Part shown: one piece after another, positions 1 through 11,908 of the stretch
How positions within the stretch are numbered: the first letter of the stretch is position 1
How the letters are laid out: the number at the start of each line of letters is the position of its first letter
Program-made: the position numbers and the translations under genes
The notes under the pieces: generated by a model
Database searches by the model: none
What the model saw: the letters and a program-made list of their open reading frames with translations, nothing else
What the model was told of the DNA's origin: nothing
Assembly (NCBI GenBank): GCA_963836755.1
Contig: CAWIKF010000002.1
Span: 1,792,001 to 1,856,000 of the forward strand
Direction of reading: 5' to 3'
Source of the DNA: an uncultured Verrucomicrobiae bacterium
GTDB lineage: Bacteria; Verrucomicrobiota; Verrucomicrobiia; Chthoniobacterales; Chthoniobacteraceae
DNA length: 64,000 nucleotides

Positions 1-543
1 GTTCAACACGACGTCAACAGTATGTTCCTCGACATGGTCGATGATGACGCGGCCAGGCGTCACGTCCGAATGATTTTTTAGAAGATCGACGATCAGCCGC
101 GTGCCCTTGAGCTTGTCCTCCAGATGCGGCGTGTGGACGAGGATCAAGTGCCCGTGCCGGACGGCGAGATCGATGTGTTTTTCCAATACGGCCAGCTCGT
201 TGCGCGTGTTTTTATTGAGTCCAATTTCGCCAATGCCGAGGACGTTTGGCTTTTGCAAAAACTCGGGAATCAGCGCGAGCACTTCATCGGCGAGCCTGAC
301 GTTTTCGGCTTCCTTCGGGTTGATGCAGAGCCAGGTGAAATGCGGCAGGCCGAACTTTGACGCGCGTCGCGGTTCGTGCTCGGTGAGCTGCGCAAAATAA
401 TCGTAAAAGCCGTCCGCGCTGCTCCGGTCGAAGCCAGCCCAGAATGCCGGCTCGCACACTGCCGCGCATCCCGCGGTGACCATCGCAAGATAATCATCGG
501 TCGTCCGGCTGACCATGTGCGCGTGTGGCTCGATGTAACGCAT
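1..543 (-). CDS. TatD-family metal-dependent hydrolase (3' end runs off the window)
   Basis: Own translation from CAT at 541-543: [18 protein letters not shown]...GIGEIGL...VHTPH...IIDH, matching TatD/amidohydrolase motifs. Missing from the ORF track because it has no stop in the window. Confidence 0.85.
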   Translation of the reverse strand, partial: MRYIEPHAHMVSRTTDDYLAMVTAGCAAVCEPAFWAGFDRSSADGFYDYFAQLTEHEPRRASKFGLPHFTWLCINPKEAENVRLADEVLALIPEFLQKPNVLGIGEIGLNKNTRNELAVLEKHIDLAVRHGHLILVHTPHLEDKLKGTRLIVDLLKNHSDVTPGRVIIDHVEEHTVDVVLN

Positions 544-546
544 TTG

Positions 547-819
547 CTAAACAGCCGAAGCTGCATCGAAAGCGCCGCGCGCGCCTTTCTCGCCAGCGTT
601 CTCAAGCGGCTCGCGCGTCGGATCGCTGAAGGCCAGCAGCACGCGCCGCGCGCGATCGCCGCCCTTTTTTGCCAACTCGGCAATCGTCTTTTCAAAAGCC
701 GCTTCTCGAAAATCACTCGCGCCATCTGCTCGTTCGAGCCGGTCAAGAAAAGCCGCGAGATCGATCAGCCGAGCGCGAGCGTCGATGAAGTAAAGGTCGA
801 GAAGTTGCTGCCGCGTCAT
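547..819 (-). CDS. hypothetical protein
   Basis: 90-aa ORF (LDLYFIDARARLIDLAAFLDRL) ending 3 nt before the TatD start; same operon. Confidence 0.75.
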   Translation of the reverse strand: MTRQQLLDLYFIDARARLIDLAAFLDRLERADGASDFREAAFEKTIAELAKKGGDRARRVLLAFSDPTREPLENAGEKGARGAFDAASAV

Positions 820-973
820 GCAGAGAAATTACACGGCGCGCGCGGCGCGGCAACCATTCCAGCTGCGGGTTAACCGTCGCCAGCTTGTGGAAATCCCCAT
901 TGCTCTGCGGGAATTTCGCGCTAAGCTCGCGCCTGTGCGCAACCCCCGCGTCTCACGGGAGTTTAAATAACCC

Positions 974-2296
974 ATGAGCGATTTCCAACCGATCACTTGG
1001 CGCGAGGATCCCTCGCATTTCCGGAAAGTTTCGCGGCGCGATTTTCTCTACGTTGGTCTCGTCGGCGGACTCGGGCTGACGCTTGGGGATTTTTTTAAAT
1101 CGCGCGCCGCTGAAGCGGTGACCGAGGCAAAAGCAAAGGCGCTCATCCACATTTTCTTGCCGGGAGGAATTTCGGCGCACGAGTCGTTCGACCCGAAACC
1201 GCTCGCGCCAGTGGAAGTGCGTGGTCCTTTTGGATCAATCCCGACAAAGCTCGACGGCGTCCGTTTCAATGAGCTGATGAAAGAGACCGCGCAGGTCGCG
1301 GACAAACTCACGATCGTCCGCTCGATGACGCACGGCGAAGCGGCGCACGAACGCGGGACGCACAATATGTTTACCGGCTATCGACCAAGCCCGGCGATCC
1401 AGTATCCGAGCTTTGGCAGCGTGGTTTCGCACGAGCTGGGCGTGCAGAACGATCTGCCGCCGTATGTCTGCGTGCCGTCGCAGCCGAATCCCTACGCGGG
1501 CAGCGGCTACCTGAGCAATGCCTACGGGCCGTTCAGTCTCGGCGGCGACCCCGGCAACATGCAATTCAAGGTGCGCGACCTGACTCTGCCGCCGGATGTG
1601 GATCACGAGCGATTCGCGCAGCGCCAGAGCATCCTCGCCTCGGTCGACGCGCATTTTCGTGCGCTGGAAAAATCGGATGCGCTCGACGCGATGGATAGTT
1701 TTTACCAGCGCGCTTACGGCTTGGTCAGTTCGCCGAAAGCGCGCGAGGCATTCAATTTAAAAAGCGAGCCGGAAGCGCTCAAAGACGAATATGGCCGCAC
1801 CGATGCCGGCATGCGGATGCTGATGTCGCGCCGTCTGGTGGAAGGAGGCGTCCGTTTTGTCTCGATGGTGTTCGGCGGCTGGGATCATCACACAAATGTC
1901 AAAGCCGGCATCGAACGCGACCTGCCGCGGTTTGACAAAGCTTACGCGGCGTTGATCCGCGATCTCGATCGTCGCGGGATGCTCGACTCGACGCTGGTCA
2001 TGGTGACGACGGAATTTGGCCGCACGGCAAAAGTCAATAAAGACGCCGGGCGCGATCATTGGCCGCGCGTTTTTTCCATCGCACTCGCAGGCGGCGGGAT
2101 CAAGCGTGGTCAGGTTTATGGCTCATCCGACGCGACCGGCGCGGAGCCGGATGAAAATCCGCTCTCGGTGCCGGATTTCGCGATGACGATCTACAAACAG
2201 CTCGGCATCGACGGCAAAAAGAAGTTGATGTCGCCCGGCAATCGGCCGATCGACATCGTGCGCGACGGACAAGTGGTGACTGATTTGCTGGCGTAA
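974..2296 (+). CDS. DUF1501 domain protein (Tat-like signal)
   Basis: SRRDFL twin-arginine motif, FLPGGISAHESFDPKP, GGWDHH, TEFGRT, GRDHWP. Confidence 0.92.
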   Translation: MSDFQPITWREDPSHFRKVSRRDFLYVGLVGGLGLTLGDFFKSRAAEAVTEAKAKALIHIFLPGGISAHESFDPKPLAPVEVRGPFGSIPTKLDGVRFNELMKETAQVADKLTIVRSMTHGEAAHERGTHNMFTGYRPSPAIQYPSFGSVVSHELGVQNDLPPYVCVPSQPNPYAGSGYLSNAYGPFSLGGDPGNMQFKVRDLTLPPDVDHERFAQRQSILASVDAHFRALEKSDALDAMDSFYQRAYGLVSSPKAREAFNLKSEPEALKDEYGRTDAGMRMLMSRRLVEGGVRFVSMVFGGWDHHTNVKAGIERDLPRFDKAYAALIRDLDRRGMLDSTLVMVTTEFGRTAKVNKDAGRDHWPRVFSIALAGGGIKRGQVYGSSDATGAEPDENPLSVPDFAMTIYKQLGIDGKKKLMSPGNRPIDIVRDGQVVTDLLA

Positions 2297-2298
2297 AA

Positions 2299-4612
2299 AT
2301 GTTGCGGCGCGCCCTCGCGATTTGGTTCGTTTGCGCGGCGGCTCTTCAGGCGGCGTCACCGCAGCTCGATTTCGTCGATCCTCCCGGCGGCCAGCGCGGC
2401 GCGGAACTCGAGATGACAATCACCGGCCAGCATCTGGACGATGCGAAAGGTCTGCTGTTTTATTCCCCAGGCATCGAGGTCGAATCGCTGACGCCGAGCG
2501 GCGGCGGCAAACTTTTCGCGAAATTAAAAATCGGCGCCGATTGCTCGCTGGGCGAGCACGCGTGGCGCGTCTGGACAGCGACTGGCGTTTCGGATTTGAC
2601 CACACTTTCCGTCGGCCCGTTTCCAAATGTCGCGGAGCTGGAGCCGAACAATGATCCGCAGCACGCGCAAAAAATTGCGCTGAATACAACCGTTAACGGC
2701 GTGATCAAAGAGGAGGACATCGATTGGTTTTCTGTCGAAGCCAAAAAAGGTCAGCGCCTCACCGCGGAAGTCGAAGGCATGCGGCTCGGCAAGGCGATGT
2801 TCGATCCGTGGCTTTCGATTTCCAGCGCGGATGGGAAAGTGCTCGCCGCCAATGACGACAACGCACTTTTTTTGCAGGACCCGCTCGTCTCGCTGATCGC
2901 GCCGGCTGACGGAACATACTTCATCGCCATCCGCGAAAGCTCGTGGGGCGGCAGCGAGAAGAGCCAGTATCGCTTGCACGTTGGAACTTTTCCGCAGCCG
3001 CTCGCGGTCTATCCGCCGGGCGGTCAAACAGGCGAGAAGCTTGCCATCACGCTGCTTGGCGATCCGGCCGGGCCGATCCCAAAAACCGTGACGCTGCCCG
3101 CACAAACGGATGAAAGTTTTGCGATCTTTGCCGAGCAGGACGGTGCGATTGCTCCGGCTGCGAACAAGATTCGCGTCTCATCTTTTCCGAACGTGCTCGA
3201 AATGGAGCCGAACAACAGTGTCCAACAAGCGACAACGACTGACAAACCGTTGCCGCTGGCCTTCAACGGCGCGATTGGTGAAAAAGGCGACGCAGATTTT
3301 TTCCAGTTCAATGCGAAGAAAGATCAGGAGCTCGATGTAAGCGTTTACGCGCGCCGACTCCGTTCGCCGCTCGATTCCGTGCTCACGCTTTACGATGCGA
3401 AGAGCCATCAAATTGCGAGCAATGACGACTCGGCGGGGCCCGACAGCTATCTGCATTTCAAAGTTCCGCGCGACGGCGCATATTATTTGTCGGTGCGCGA
3501 TCAACTTTCACGCGGCGGCCCCATTTTCACCTATCGCGTCGAGGTCACGCCGGCCGTGCCGGATGTGGCGCTGACGATTCCCGAAATGCGCAAGGATACG
3601 CAAGAGCGGCAGACGATCGTCGTGCCGCGCGGCAATCGCTACGGCGCAATTTTTCGCGTGAAGCGCAGTGATGTCGGCGGAACGCTTAAAGTTTCACCGC
3701 GCGATTTGCCGCCGGGCATCACCGCGCAATCCGATGCGCTGGAGCGTGGCGACACGCTGCCGGTGGTTTTCGAGGCGACGCCCGACGCGCAGGTCGCGGG
3801 AAAATTGTGCGACGTGGAAGCTGCGCCGGAGGATGAAAAAAATCCGACCTCCGGCCATTTTCAGCCAGCATGTCGAGCTGGTGCGCGGGCAGAACAACAC
3901 AGCTTATTACGCAATTGATGTGGAAAAAGTGCCGGTGGTCGTCGCTGATGCGGCTCCTTTTAAAATCGAAATCGTGCCGCCGAAAGTGCCGATCGTGCAA
4001 AGCGGCACGATGAATTTGCACATCGTCGCGACGCGTGTGGAGGGATTCAAAGGCGCGATCAATTGCTCGATGTTATGGACGCCGCCGGGCCTCGGCGCGC
4101 AAGTCAACGTGACGATTCCCGCGGACAAAAACGAAGTGACGATGCCGCTCAGCGCGAACGACAACGCGCCGGTGCGCACCTGGAAAACAGCGATCGCCGC
4201 ATCGGCCGATGCGGGTCACGGCACGGTCTGGGTTTCCTCGCAGCTCATCGGCCTCGAAGTCGCAAAGCCTTTCGTGACTGGCGAAATCGTTCGCACCGAA
4301 GCAAAGCAAGGCGAGTCCGCGACGATCGTATGTCGGCTCGCGCAAAAAAAAGCTTTTGATGGAAAGGCGAAGCTGCAGCTGCTCGGCCTGCCGAATAAAG
4401 CGACGGCGCCGGATGTGGAAATCACGTCCGCGGATCAGGAGGCAAAGTTTGACGTGAAGACCGATCCCGGCAGCCCGGCGGGTCAGCATCGCACTTTGTT
4501 TTGTCAGCTCACGATCATGCAGAACGGCGAACGGATTGTGCAAAATTTCGCGCAAGGCGGTGTCTTGCGCATCGACAAACCGGCGGTAAAGAAAGTTGCC
4601 GTCGCGCCATGA
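2299..4612 (+). CDS. PPC (pre-peptidase C-terminal) repeat secreted protein; one frameshift near 3860
   Basis: ORFs 2299..3918 and 3668..4612 join (…PTSGHF / SQHVELVRGQNN…); signal peptide; repeated ExEPNN and DxDxF motifs. Confidence 0.85.
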
Positions 4613-6805
4613 AAGCAAAGTTTCTCGCGCTCACTTTTACAGCCGCGATCGGCGCGAACGTGGCTGTTCCAAAGCCACGCGGACGCGCCCGTTGTCGTCG
4701 AGGCGATCCGGCTCGAGCAGCCGATCAGTTTTAAAAACGACGTGATGCCGATCATCACGAAAGCCGGCTGCAACACCGGCGGTTGCCACGGCGCAGCGCA
4801 CGGCCAGGATGGATTTCATCTTTCGCTTTTCGGCTACGATCCTGACGGCGATTACGAGCGGATCACGCGCGAGATGGGTGCGCGTCGCGTGAATCTCGCT
4901 CTGCCCGAAGAGAGTCTACTTTTGCAAAAATCGACCGGCAACGTCGCGCACACCGGTGGCAAGCGGATTGACAAAAACAGCAACTTTTACAAAGCGATCC
5001 TGAAATGGATTGACGCCGGCGCACCGCGCGATTTGGCAGACGTCGCGCACCCGGTTGCGGTCGATATTTTGCCGCGGCAAATTTTGCTCGAAGGCGAGAA
5101 CGTGACGCAACAACTCCAGGTCACGGCGCGCTATTCCGACGGCACGATGCGCGACGTCACGCCGCTCGCGGTCTTCATCACGAACAACGAATCGTCGGCA
5201 AAAATTTCGCCGGCCGGTCTCGTCACGTCTGGCGAGCGCGGCGAAGCGTTCGTCACCGCGCGCTTCGCGACGACCACCGTCGGCGTCCCCGTGATCGTGG
5301 TGCCGAAAAATCTGGCGTTCACTTTTCCGCCGGTGCCGGAGTGCAATTACATCGACACGCTGATCGACGATAAATTAAAAAAACTCCGAATCGCGCCGTC
5401 CGATGTTTGTGACGATGAGGAATTTTTGCGTCGAGTGACACTCGACGTGACCGGGCTGCTGCCGACGCCCGCCGAGCACGACCAATTCCTCGCGGATGCC
5501 GATGAACACAAGCGCGAGAAGCTCGTGGACGAATTGCTCAAGCGGCCAGAGTTCGTCGATCTATGGGTGATGAAATGGGCGGAGCTGCTGCAAATTCGCT
5601 CCGGCAACGACGTCAGCACGAAATCGGCGCTCGTCTATTTCGACTGGCTGCGCGACCAGCTCAGCCGCAATGTGCCGATCAATCAGCTAGTTAAACAACT
5701 GGTTGCAAGTGACGGCGGCACGTTTGAAAATCCCGCCGCTGGCTTTTACCAATTTGAAACCGATCCGCTGAAACTCGCGGAGGATACGGCGCAGGCTTTC
5801 CTCGGCGTGCAGATGAAATGCGCGCAGTGCCACAACCATCCGTTCGACCAGTGGACCATGAATGACTACCGCGGCTTCGTCGCATTTTTCACGCAAGTCG
5901 CGCGGAAAAAAGGCGAGGATCCGCGCGAGACGATCGTGTTTAACCGCGGCGAAGGCGAATCGAAAAATCCAATCACGAATGCGGTTATCGCGCCAAAGTT
6001 TCTCGGCGGAGCCGCACCGGACGTGAAGGGAAAAGATCGGCGCGAAGCGCTCGCGGATTGGCTGTCCTCGTCGGACAACCCGTATTTCGCGCGGCATTTT
6101 GCGAACATCATTTGGGCTCAATTTTTCGGCCGTGGAATCATCGAGCCGGTTGACGACGTTCGCGTGAGCAACCCACCGTCGAACCCGGAATTGCTCGACG
6201 CGCTCGCGCAGCATCTCGTCGATTACCATTACGATTTCCAGCGGCTCGTGCGCGACATTTGCAACTCGCGCACCTACCAGCTTTCCAGCATCACGAACGC
6301 GACGAATGAAAGCGACGTGCGCAATTTTTCGCACAGCGCCGTGCGTCGGCTGCGCGCGGAAGTGATGCTCGATTGCATCAGCGAAGTGACCGGCACGAAA
6401 AATAAATTCCGCGGCCTGCCGCTCGGCGCTCACGCGGTGCAGATCGCGGACGGGCAGACGTCGAATTATTTTTTAAAGACGTTTGGCCGCGCGACCCGAG
6501 AGACGCCATGCGCGTGCGAGGTGTCGATGGAGCCAAACCTTTCGCAGGCGCTGCAGTTGCTGAACGGCGAAATCGTGCAGAACAAAATCAACAGCGGCGG
6601 CGCGGTGCAGCGCGAGATTGCGGAGAAAAAATCCGCCAGTGAAATCGTCAGCGACCTTTATCTGCGCTGCTTTTCGCGCAAGCCGACGGAGGAGGAATTG
6701 AAAAGCTTCGAGCCGCTGCTCGCCAAAAACGATGCGATGCAAAAGACGCTCAACGATGTCTTTTGGGCGTTGCTGAACTCGAAGGAGTTCATGTTCAACC
6801 ATTGA
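4609..6805 (+). CDS. DUF1549/DUF1553 (PSD1/PSCyt) protein with Ig-like domain; frameshift near 4680
   Basis: Signal-like MKAKFLALT at 4609 continues in the 4742..6805 frame; CNTGGCHG, CAQCHNHPFD, RRLRAEV, C-terminal WALLNSKEFMFNH. Confidence 0.88.
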
Positions 6806-6810
6806 GCGCG

Positions 6811-9231
6811 ATGCGTAAACAAGTCGCTGGCGCTTGTTTGGGCGCACTTTTTTTCTCACATGCTCAAGCAGCGCAGCAGATTTCCTATAACGAAACGATC
6901 CGGCCGATCTTTTTAAACAGTTGTTTGAACTGCCACAATCCCGACAAAAAAAAGGCGGGGCTCGATCTTTCAACTTATGACGCGGCGATGGACGGGAGCG
7001 ACACGGGCAAAGTGATCGAGCCGGGCGACACATCGAAAAGTCTCCTCTGGCGGTTGGTCACGCACGCGGAGGAGCCGACGATGCCGGCGAAAAGCGACAA
7101 GCTGGCCGACTCGCAACTCGATTTGATCCGCAAATGGATCGAAGCCGGCGCGCCTGAAAATTCCGGCAGCGTCGTCGCGAGCGCGTCGGCGCATCCGGGT
7201 CTCGCTGGGGCCGAGGTGGAATCGCGCCCGAGTGGGCCGCCGCCGATGCCGCACGATCTGCTGCTCGAGCCGATTGTGCATGCGGCGCGCGCGGGTGCGA
7301 TCGCGGCGCTGGCGGCGAGTCCGTGGGCACCATTGGTCGCGGTCGGTGGGCAAAAACAGGTGCTTCTCTATAACACCGACACGCTGGAGCTCGCCGCGAT
7401 CCTGCCGTTTCCCGAAGGTTTTCCCGACGTCCTGAAATTTACACGTGACGGCCGGCTCGTGCTCGCGGGCGGCGGCGTCGGCGCGAAGCTCGGGCGCGTG
7501 GTCGTGTGGGATGTGACGACTGGCGAGCGTGTGGCGGCGGTCGGCGAGGAATTCGATCAGGTGCTTGCTGCGGACATGAGCCCGGATCACACGCGGATAG
7601 CGCTCGGTGGGCCGAATCGGCTCGTGAAAATTTACTCCACGCGCGACGGCTCGCTGTTGCAAAAAATGAAAAAGCACACCGACTGGGTGACGGCGCTCGC
7701 GTTCACGCCGGACGGGAAATTTCTAGTCACTGGTGACCGCGCGGGCGGCCTGGTCATTTGGGATTCCGAAGGACGCGAAATGCAATCGATCAGCGCACAT
7801 CAAGCGGAGATCACCAGCGTCGTCTGCGTTGGAAAGACGGTCGCAACGGCAAGCGAAGATGGAAAAGTAAAATTTTGGGACATCAACGAAGGCAAGGAAA
7901 TCAAAAGCTGGCAGGCGCATCCGGGCGGTGTGACGGCGCTTGCCGCGGTGTCGGGCGGAGGTTTTGTCACCTGCGGGCGCGACCGCGTGGCGCGGCTTTG
8001 GGACTCGAATGGAAATCGGCTGCGCGAGTTTGAGCGGTTTCAAGATGTGGCGATGAAAGCCGCTGCCGCCAGCGGGAAAATCATCGCGGGCGATTGGACC
8101 GGCGCGCTGCGGGTCTGGACGCCGAATGGCCAGCGGATCGGCGACCTTGATGCGAATCCGCCGACTCTCGCCGAACACGTGAATGCTGCTGCGAAGCGGC
8201 TTGCGGAGCTTCAGCTTCAGATTGAAAACCTCGCTGCGCAGCGGAAAAAAATGGAGGATGAAGCGAGGAAAGCCGATGCTGATGTTCGCTCGGTGAACAT
8301 CGCAGTGAATGCGAAAGAGGAGCAGGTGAAAACAGGCGTTGCTCAAATTGCGTCGTTAAAAAAAGATGTGGCTGCTCGTTCTGCCGCTCTTCGGCAGGCG
8401 CAAAACGATTTTGCGCAACTCGATAAATCCCGCGCATCTCTGGAGGAAACGTTGACGCGCGCGAATGCGGCTCGCGATTCCGCCATTCGTGCTCAAGCAG
8501 ACTCGCAAAAAGAGCTGGAGAAAAAAGGCCAGGTTGTGACTGAGACGGCCGATGCAGAGCGCGCTGCTCAAGCTGCGGCCGATGTCTCGCCGGACGATCC
8601 GATCCTGACGGAGAAGGCTTCTCTGGCAAAAGCTTTTGCCGAAAAATCGGGGGAGGAGTTGGCCGCGGTGCGTAAGCTGACTTTAGCTCACGCGGCAGCT
8701 GTTCAACGTCTTAGCGGTGCTGCAGAGAAAGCAAGTTCGGCGGTAGTTGAAAAGCGCAAGTTAGTTGCAGATGCGAAAAAATCGATCGACGAAAAAAAGA
8801 TTTCGAGCGACGAGGCGCAGTCCCGCTTGGCGCAGGAAATCGTCGGCGCCGAAAAGGTTCGCGAGGAGCTAGCGGAGTTGAAAAAATCGATGCCAGAAAA
8901 AACCGAAAAGAACAGGGTTGGAGAAGTTGCGCTTGCCGTTGCGCGGCAAAAAGAAGAGACGGCGCAGAGACAACTTTCCGCCGCCGTCGCGGAGTTAAAA
9001 CATTGGAGAGCAGCGCAGGCGAATATCGCCCTTCACCGCGCGCAGGAAGAGCTCGATCGGCTTTTGGCGCAGCAAAAGCAGGATGTTCCCGTAGCACTTG
9101 CTGTCGCTGACGAAGCGGCGAAAAATCTAAACGCCGTGAATGCGAAAATAAAACAGCTTGAGGAAAACTACGCAGCTCTCAAGCAGCAGGAAGACGCCGC
9201 GCGCACGCTGACGTTGGCCTCAAAGAAATAA
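6811..9231 (+). CDS. planctomycete-type cytochrome c domain + WD40 repeats + long coiled coil
   Basis: CLNCH heme motif, repeated WD/GH-type units, Ala/Glu/Lys-rich C-terminal third. Confidence 0.88.
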   Translation: MRKQVAGACLGALFFSHAQAAQQISYNETIRPIFLNSCLNCHNPDKKKAGLDLSTYDAAMDGSDTGKVIEPGDTSKSLLWRLVTHAEEPTMPAKSDKLADSQLDLIRKWIEAGAPENSGSVVASASAHPGLAGAEVESRPSGPPPMPHDLLLEPIVHAARAGAIAALAASPWAPLVAVGGQKQVLLYNTDTLELAAILPFPEGFPDVLKFTRDGRLVLAGGGVGAKLGRVVVWDVTTGERVAAVGEEFDQVLAADMSPDHTRIALGGPNRLVKIYSTRDGSLLQKMKKHTDWVTALAFTPDGKFLVTGDRAGGLVIWDSEGREMQSISAHQAEITSVVCVGKTVATASEDGKVKFWDINEGKEIKSWQAHPGGVTALAAVSGGGFVTCGRDRVARLWDSNGNRLREFERFQDVAMKAAAASGKIIAGDWTGALRVWTPNGQRIGDLDANPPTLAEHVNAAAKRLAELQLQIENLAAQRKKMEDEARKADADVRSVNIAVNAKEEQVKTGVAQIASLKKDVAARSAALRQAQNDFAQLDKSRASLEETLTRANAARDSAIRAQADSQKELEKKGQVVTETADAERAAQAAADVSPDDPILTEKASLAKAFAEKSGEELAAVRKLTLAHAAAVQRLSGAAEKASSAVVEKRKLVADAKKSIDEKKISSDEAQSRLAQEIVGAEKVREELAELKKSMPEKTEKNRVGEVALAVARQKEETAQRQLSAAVAELKHWRAAQANIALHRAQEELDRLLAQQKQDVPVALAVADEAAKNLNAVNAKIKQLEENYAALKQQEDAARTLTLASKK

Positions 9232-9259
9232 AGGCCGCCAAACGCGATGGCTGCCGGAG

Positions 9260-9694
9260 TTAATCCTTTTGCGGATTGAATTCTTCGTGCCCTTTGCGTT
9301 TGTCGATTTGGATTTCATCGAGCACTGCCTTCACTTCGTCGGTTTTCCCGTCGCGGATCGCTCCTTCGAGCTTGTCAAAATTGCCGAGCAGCTCGTCGAT
9401 CTTCTTTTTATACCCTGCAACGAATTCATCGCGTTTATCCGGAGCAATTTCCTTCATGTGCTCCGGCTCGAAAGTTTTCGCCTTTTCCGCATCTTGTTCC
9501 ATGTCCTTGACAAGTTTGATTGCGGCTTCTTTTTGAGCCGGGTCGTTGATCACGCGGCGGAGCTCGCGAAAGCTTTTAGCCATTTGTGACATCTGCTCGC
9601 CGAGCGGAGTCTTTGGTTTATCGCGCTCGGCGAAGACGTGGGCAATTGCGACGAGGAAGACGAGGAGCGAGATAGAATACCGTGGCAGTTTCAT
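9260..9694 (-). CDS. cytochrome b562-like secreted helical protein
   Basis: Signal peptide MKLPRY…VFA, Met in LGEQM, C-terminal KGHEEF; all-helical composition. Confidence 0.65.
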   Translation of the reverse strand: MKLPRYSISLLVFLVAIAHVFAERDKPKTPLGEQMSQMAKSFRELRRVINDPAQKEAAIKLVKDMEQDAEKAKTFEPEHMKEIAPDKRDEFVAGYKKKIDELLGNFDKLEGAIRDGKTDEVKAVLDEIQIDKRKGHEEFNPQKD

Positions 9695-9782
9695 TCGAGA
9701 AGCTGCTACCGATGCCAGAAAAGAACTCGAGGTCAAGCGGCTTTGTGAGGCCAATGCCAAACGCTTTGTGCGAAGAGGAAGC

Positions 9783-9806
9783 GCGGATGGGGGGGGATTC
9801 GAACCC
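9783..9806. repeat. att core, integrase-proximal copy (displaced tRNA-Ser 3' fragment)
   Basis: GCGGATGGGGGGGGATTCGAACCC is identical to 59937..59960. Confidence 0.95.
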
Positions 9807-9921
9807 ACTCGGCATTGCTATCGAAAGCGGCACTTTGGGCGCGCATGAGCCGTTTCACTCTGGCGAACATCAATTTGGGCCCGCTTGCGGCTTCCGATGA
9901 GGCGCGGTCATCGTCCCGCGC

Positions 9922-9940
9922 GTTGCTACGGTTTGTTACA
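9922..9940. promoter_or_regulatory. putative integrase arm-type site
   Basis: GTTGCTACGGTTTGTTAC nearly matches GTTGCTACGATTTTGTTAC at 59879..59897; both lie on the phage side of att. Confidence 0.6.
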
Positions 9941-11312
9941 CCGCTTTTCGGAAAGCGACGATCTTCTCGGCCGTGCGCGGCGGGTAGATCGCGAACCATG
10001 CTCGCGCTTGGCTGGCAGGGCGCGGATTGCGATAGTGCTGGTGGACCATTGCGGGGCTGTTGCCCATTTCGTCCGCGAGCTGCTGGATGTTTTTGATGAT
10101 GCTCGCGCGATAGCTTCCGTAGCTGTGTCGGAGCGCGTTGTTCTTCCACCTAAACTGGGTCAAAAGGTCAGGCTGCGCATCCGGAGAGATTGCGTTCATC
10201 TCAAGCTGAATCGGCCGCTCGGTCCTGAGCCGCGGCGCTTCCTGCAGAGCTTTGTTGATAGCGCGCTCGAGGTGCCCGTTTTTTCCGAACTCGCGATCTG
10301 AACGTTCCGCCTTCGCGATTGGTCCGCGTGCATTTTCTTCACGCCACGGCCGCAGCCATTCAAACGCGTTGTCGTGAATCGGCACGATGCGCTTGCGGCC
10401 GGTTTTCGCCGTTTCTGCGCGCACGTAAATCTCGCGCTCCTGCCAATCGAAATCTTCCCACCGAAGCGGGTCTTTGCTGCGGCCCGCGTCTTTCGCGCGG
10501 CAAAGCTCGCCGGTGCGGATGCCGGCGAAGCATGCGAGCACGACGAACGGTTTCCAGTCCTCGCTGATGTGCTCGAGGATCAGGCGCATTTCGCCGATCG
10601 TGAAATAGCTGATTTCGCTGAGGCCTCGATCGATGGTGGGAACGCGACGCGCAGCGCTGATTTCATCGGGCAAATATCCGCGGAGTCTGGCGAACTGGAA
10701 AAGGTGACGAATCTCGGCGAGCACATTGTCGCGGCGCCGCGGTCCGCAGGCCAGCGCCTCGAGATGCCGCTCGATCTGCGCGGTGGAAATCTCGCGAATG
10801 TCTTTTGTAAAACATTCTGCAAATCTTGTTAACGTTCGCTCGAGGCCGCGGCGATAGCGTCCATTGAGATCTTGCGGCGCTTTGCTGTTCAGGAGCTCCT
10901 GAACAATTTCCGGAACTAGATGTTGCTCTCGCGCGAGCGATCGCACGCCGGCGTCCACGATCTCAAGAAAGCTGTGCCGCGTGCCGTGGATCTTGGCGCG
11001 GGCCTGCGCCCATTCCGAAGTGGCCGCGTGGACGGAAAGGCCAAAAGGTGCAGTGTCGCGCTTCGCTTGTGCGTAGCTCGCGCGGTCTGCCGCCACGAAG
11101 GATTCCGCTTCAGCTCCTCCATTGTGCAGTTCGCGCGCGCGCCGCTCCGCTTCTTCGCGCGCTTCGGTGGGATCGGTAAAGGGACGCAACCAACGGCTTC
11201 CATCCGGACGCCTGTCCACGAGCATAATGCGACCGTCGCCGAGTTTATAACGCGGAATGGTAACAGAACCAACCTTGACGGGTGGCAACGCCTTTTGCTT
11301 TCGACGCGCCAT
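9936..11312 (-). CDS. int: tyrosine recombinase / phage integrase
   Basis: GIRTGE (R), AKTG (K), NALRHS (HxxR-like), MGNS…HY; adjacent to att. Confidence 0.95.
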   Translation of the reverse strand: MARRKQKALPPVKVGSVTIPRYKLGDGRIMLVDRRPDGSRWLRPFTDPTEAREEAERRARELHNGGAEAESFVAADRASYAQAKRDTAPFGLSVHAATSEWAQARAKIHGTRHSFLEIVDAGVRSLAREQHLVPEIVQELLNSKAPQDLNGRYRRGLERTLTRFAECFTKDIREISTAQIERHLEALACGPRRRDNVLAEIRHLFQFARLRGYLPDEISAARRVPTIDRGLSEISYFTIGEMRLILEHISEDWKPFVVLACFAGIRTGELCRAKDAGRSKDPLRWEDFDWQEREIYVRAETAKTGRKRIVPIHDNAFEWLRPWREENARGPIAKAERSDREFGKNGHLERAINKALQEAPRLRTERPIQLEMNAISPDAQPDLLTQFRWKNNALRHSYGSYRASIIKNIQQLADEMGNSPAMVHQHYRNPRPASQARAWFAIYPPRTAEKIVAFRKAV

Positions 11313-11903
11313 CTACTGAGCCCGATTTTTGAGGTATTCGAGCGCCTTGTCTTTGCTCGCGGTGAATTTGCGATAGCGCCTCTCTCCGTCATCCACGGTC
11401 CCGACGAGATAAACCTGAAGGCAAAGAACCTGGTCGCTCAATAAATTGTCAGTAGGCAAATCCTGAATGATTGCCCAAATCCGAGAGGCCTTGACCGAGT
11501 CCATGCGGAAGCCGTCTGGAAACCAATTCACGCGGTTCGTTTCGGGATCGAGGCTGGCATCTGCGAACATCCATTTCGTTTTCGTCACGAAATCGAGCCC
11601 AACGTTTTTATTCTCGATCAGCGGTTCGCCGAGCGTTACCAGTCCTTCGATTTCGTTTTTCCTGATGAGGCTCGTTTCAGCCTCCACGCCGAAGCTTATC
11701 TTTTCCAGTTCCTTGTCGAATCTGGCTCGCTCCGCGGCTTCGTTTTGCGCCTGTAGACTGTGCTGATATTGCTGCTGGCGTTGCAGCGCGATCCGTTGCC
11801 TCAGCGCTTCAATCTGCGGCGTGGTGCTCTGCCCGAAGACCGTCGATCCGAAGAGCAAACAGAGTGTGAAACAAGGGAAGTGCTTTTTGATTTTGTTTAA
11901 CAT
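11313..11903 (-). CDS. putative secreted protein in the repressor-integrase operon
   Basis: Likely start MLNKIKKHFPCFTLCLLFGSTVFGQ (signal-like); stop abuts the int start. Confidence 0.65.
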   Translation of the reverse strand: MLNKIKKHFPCFTLCLLFGSTVFGQSTTPQIEALRQRIALQRQQQYQHSLQAQNEAAERARFDKELEKISFGVEAETSLIRKNEIEGLVTLGEPLIENKNVGLDFVTKTKWMFADASLDPETNRVNWFPDGFRMDSVKASRIWAIIQDLPTDNLLSDQVLCLQVYLVGTVDDGERRYRKFTASKDKALEYLKNRAQ

Positions 11904-11908
11904 CGTTT

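Noticed and set aside
9695..9808. N-terminal extension of ORF 9260..9808, or a second tRNA at 9783
   Set aside because: The signal peptide starts at 9694; only 24 nt of tRNA 3' end is present (att scar).
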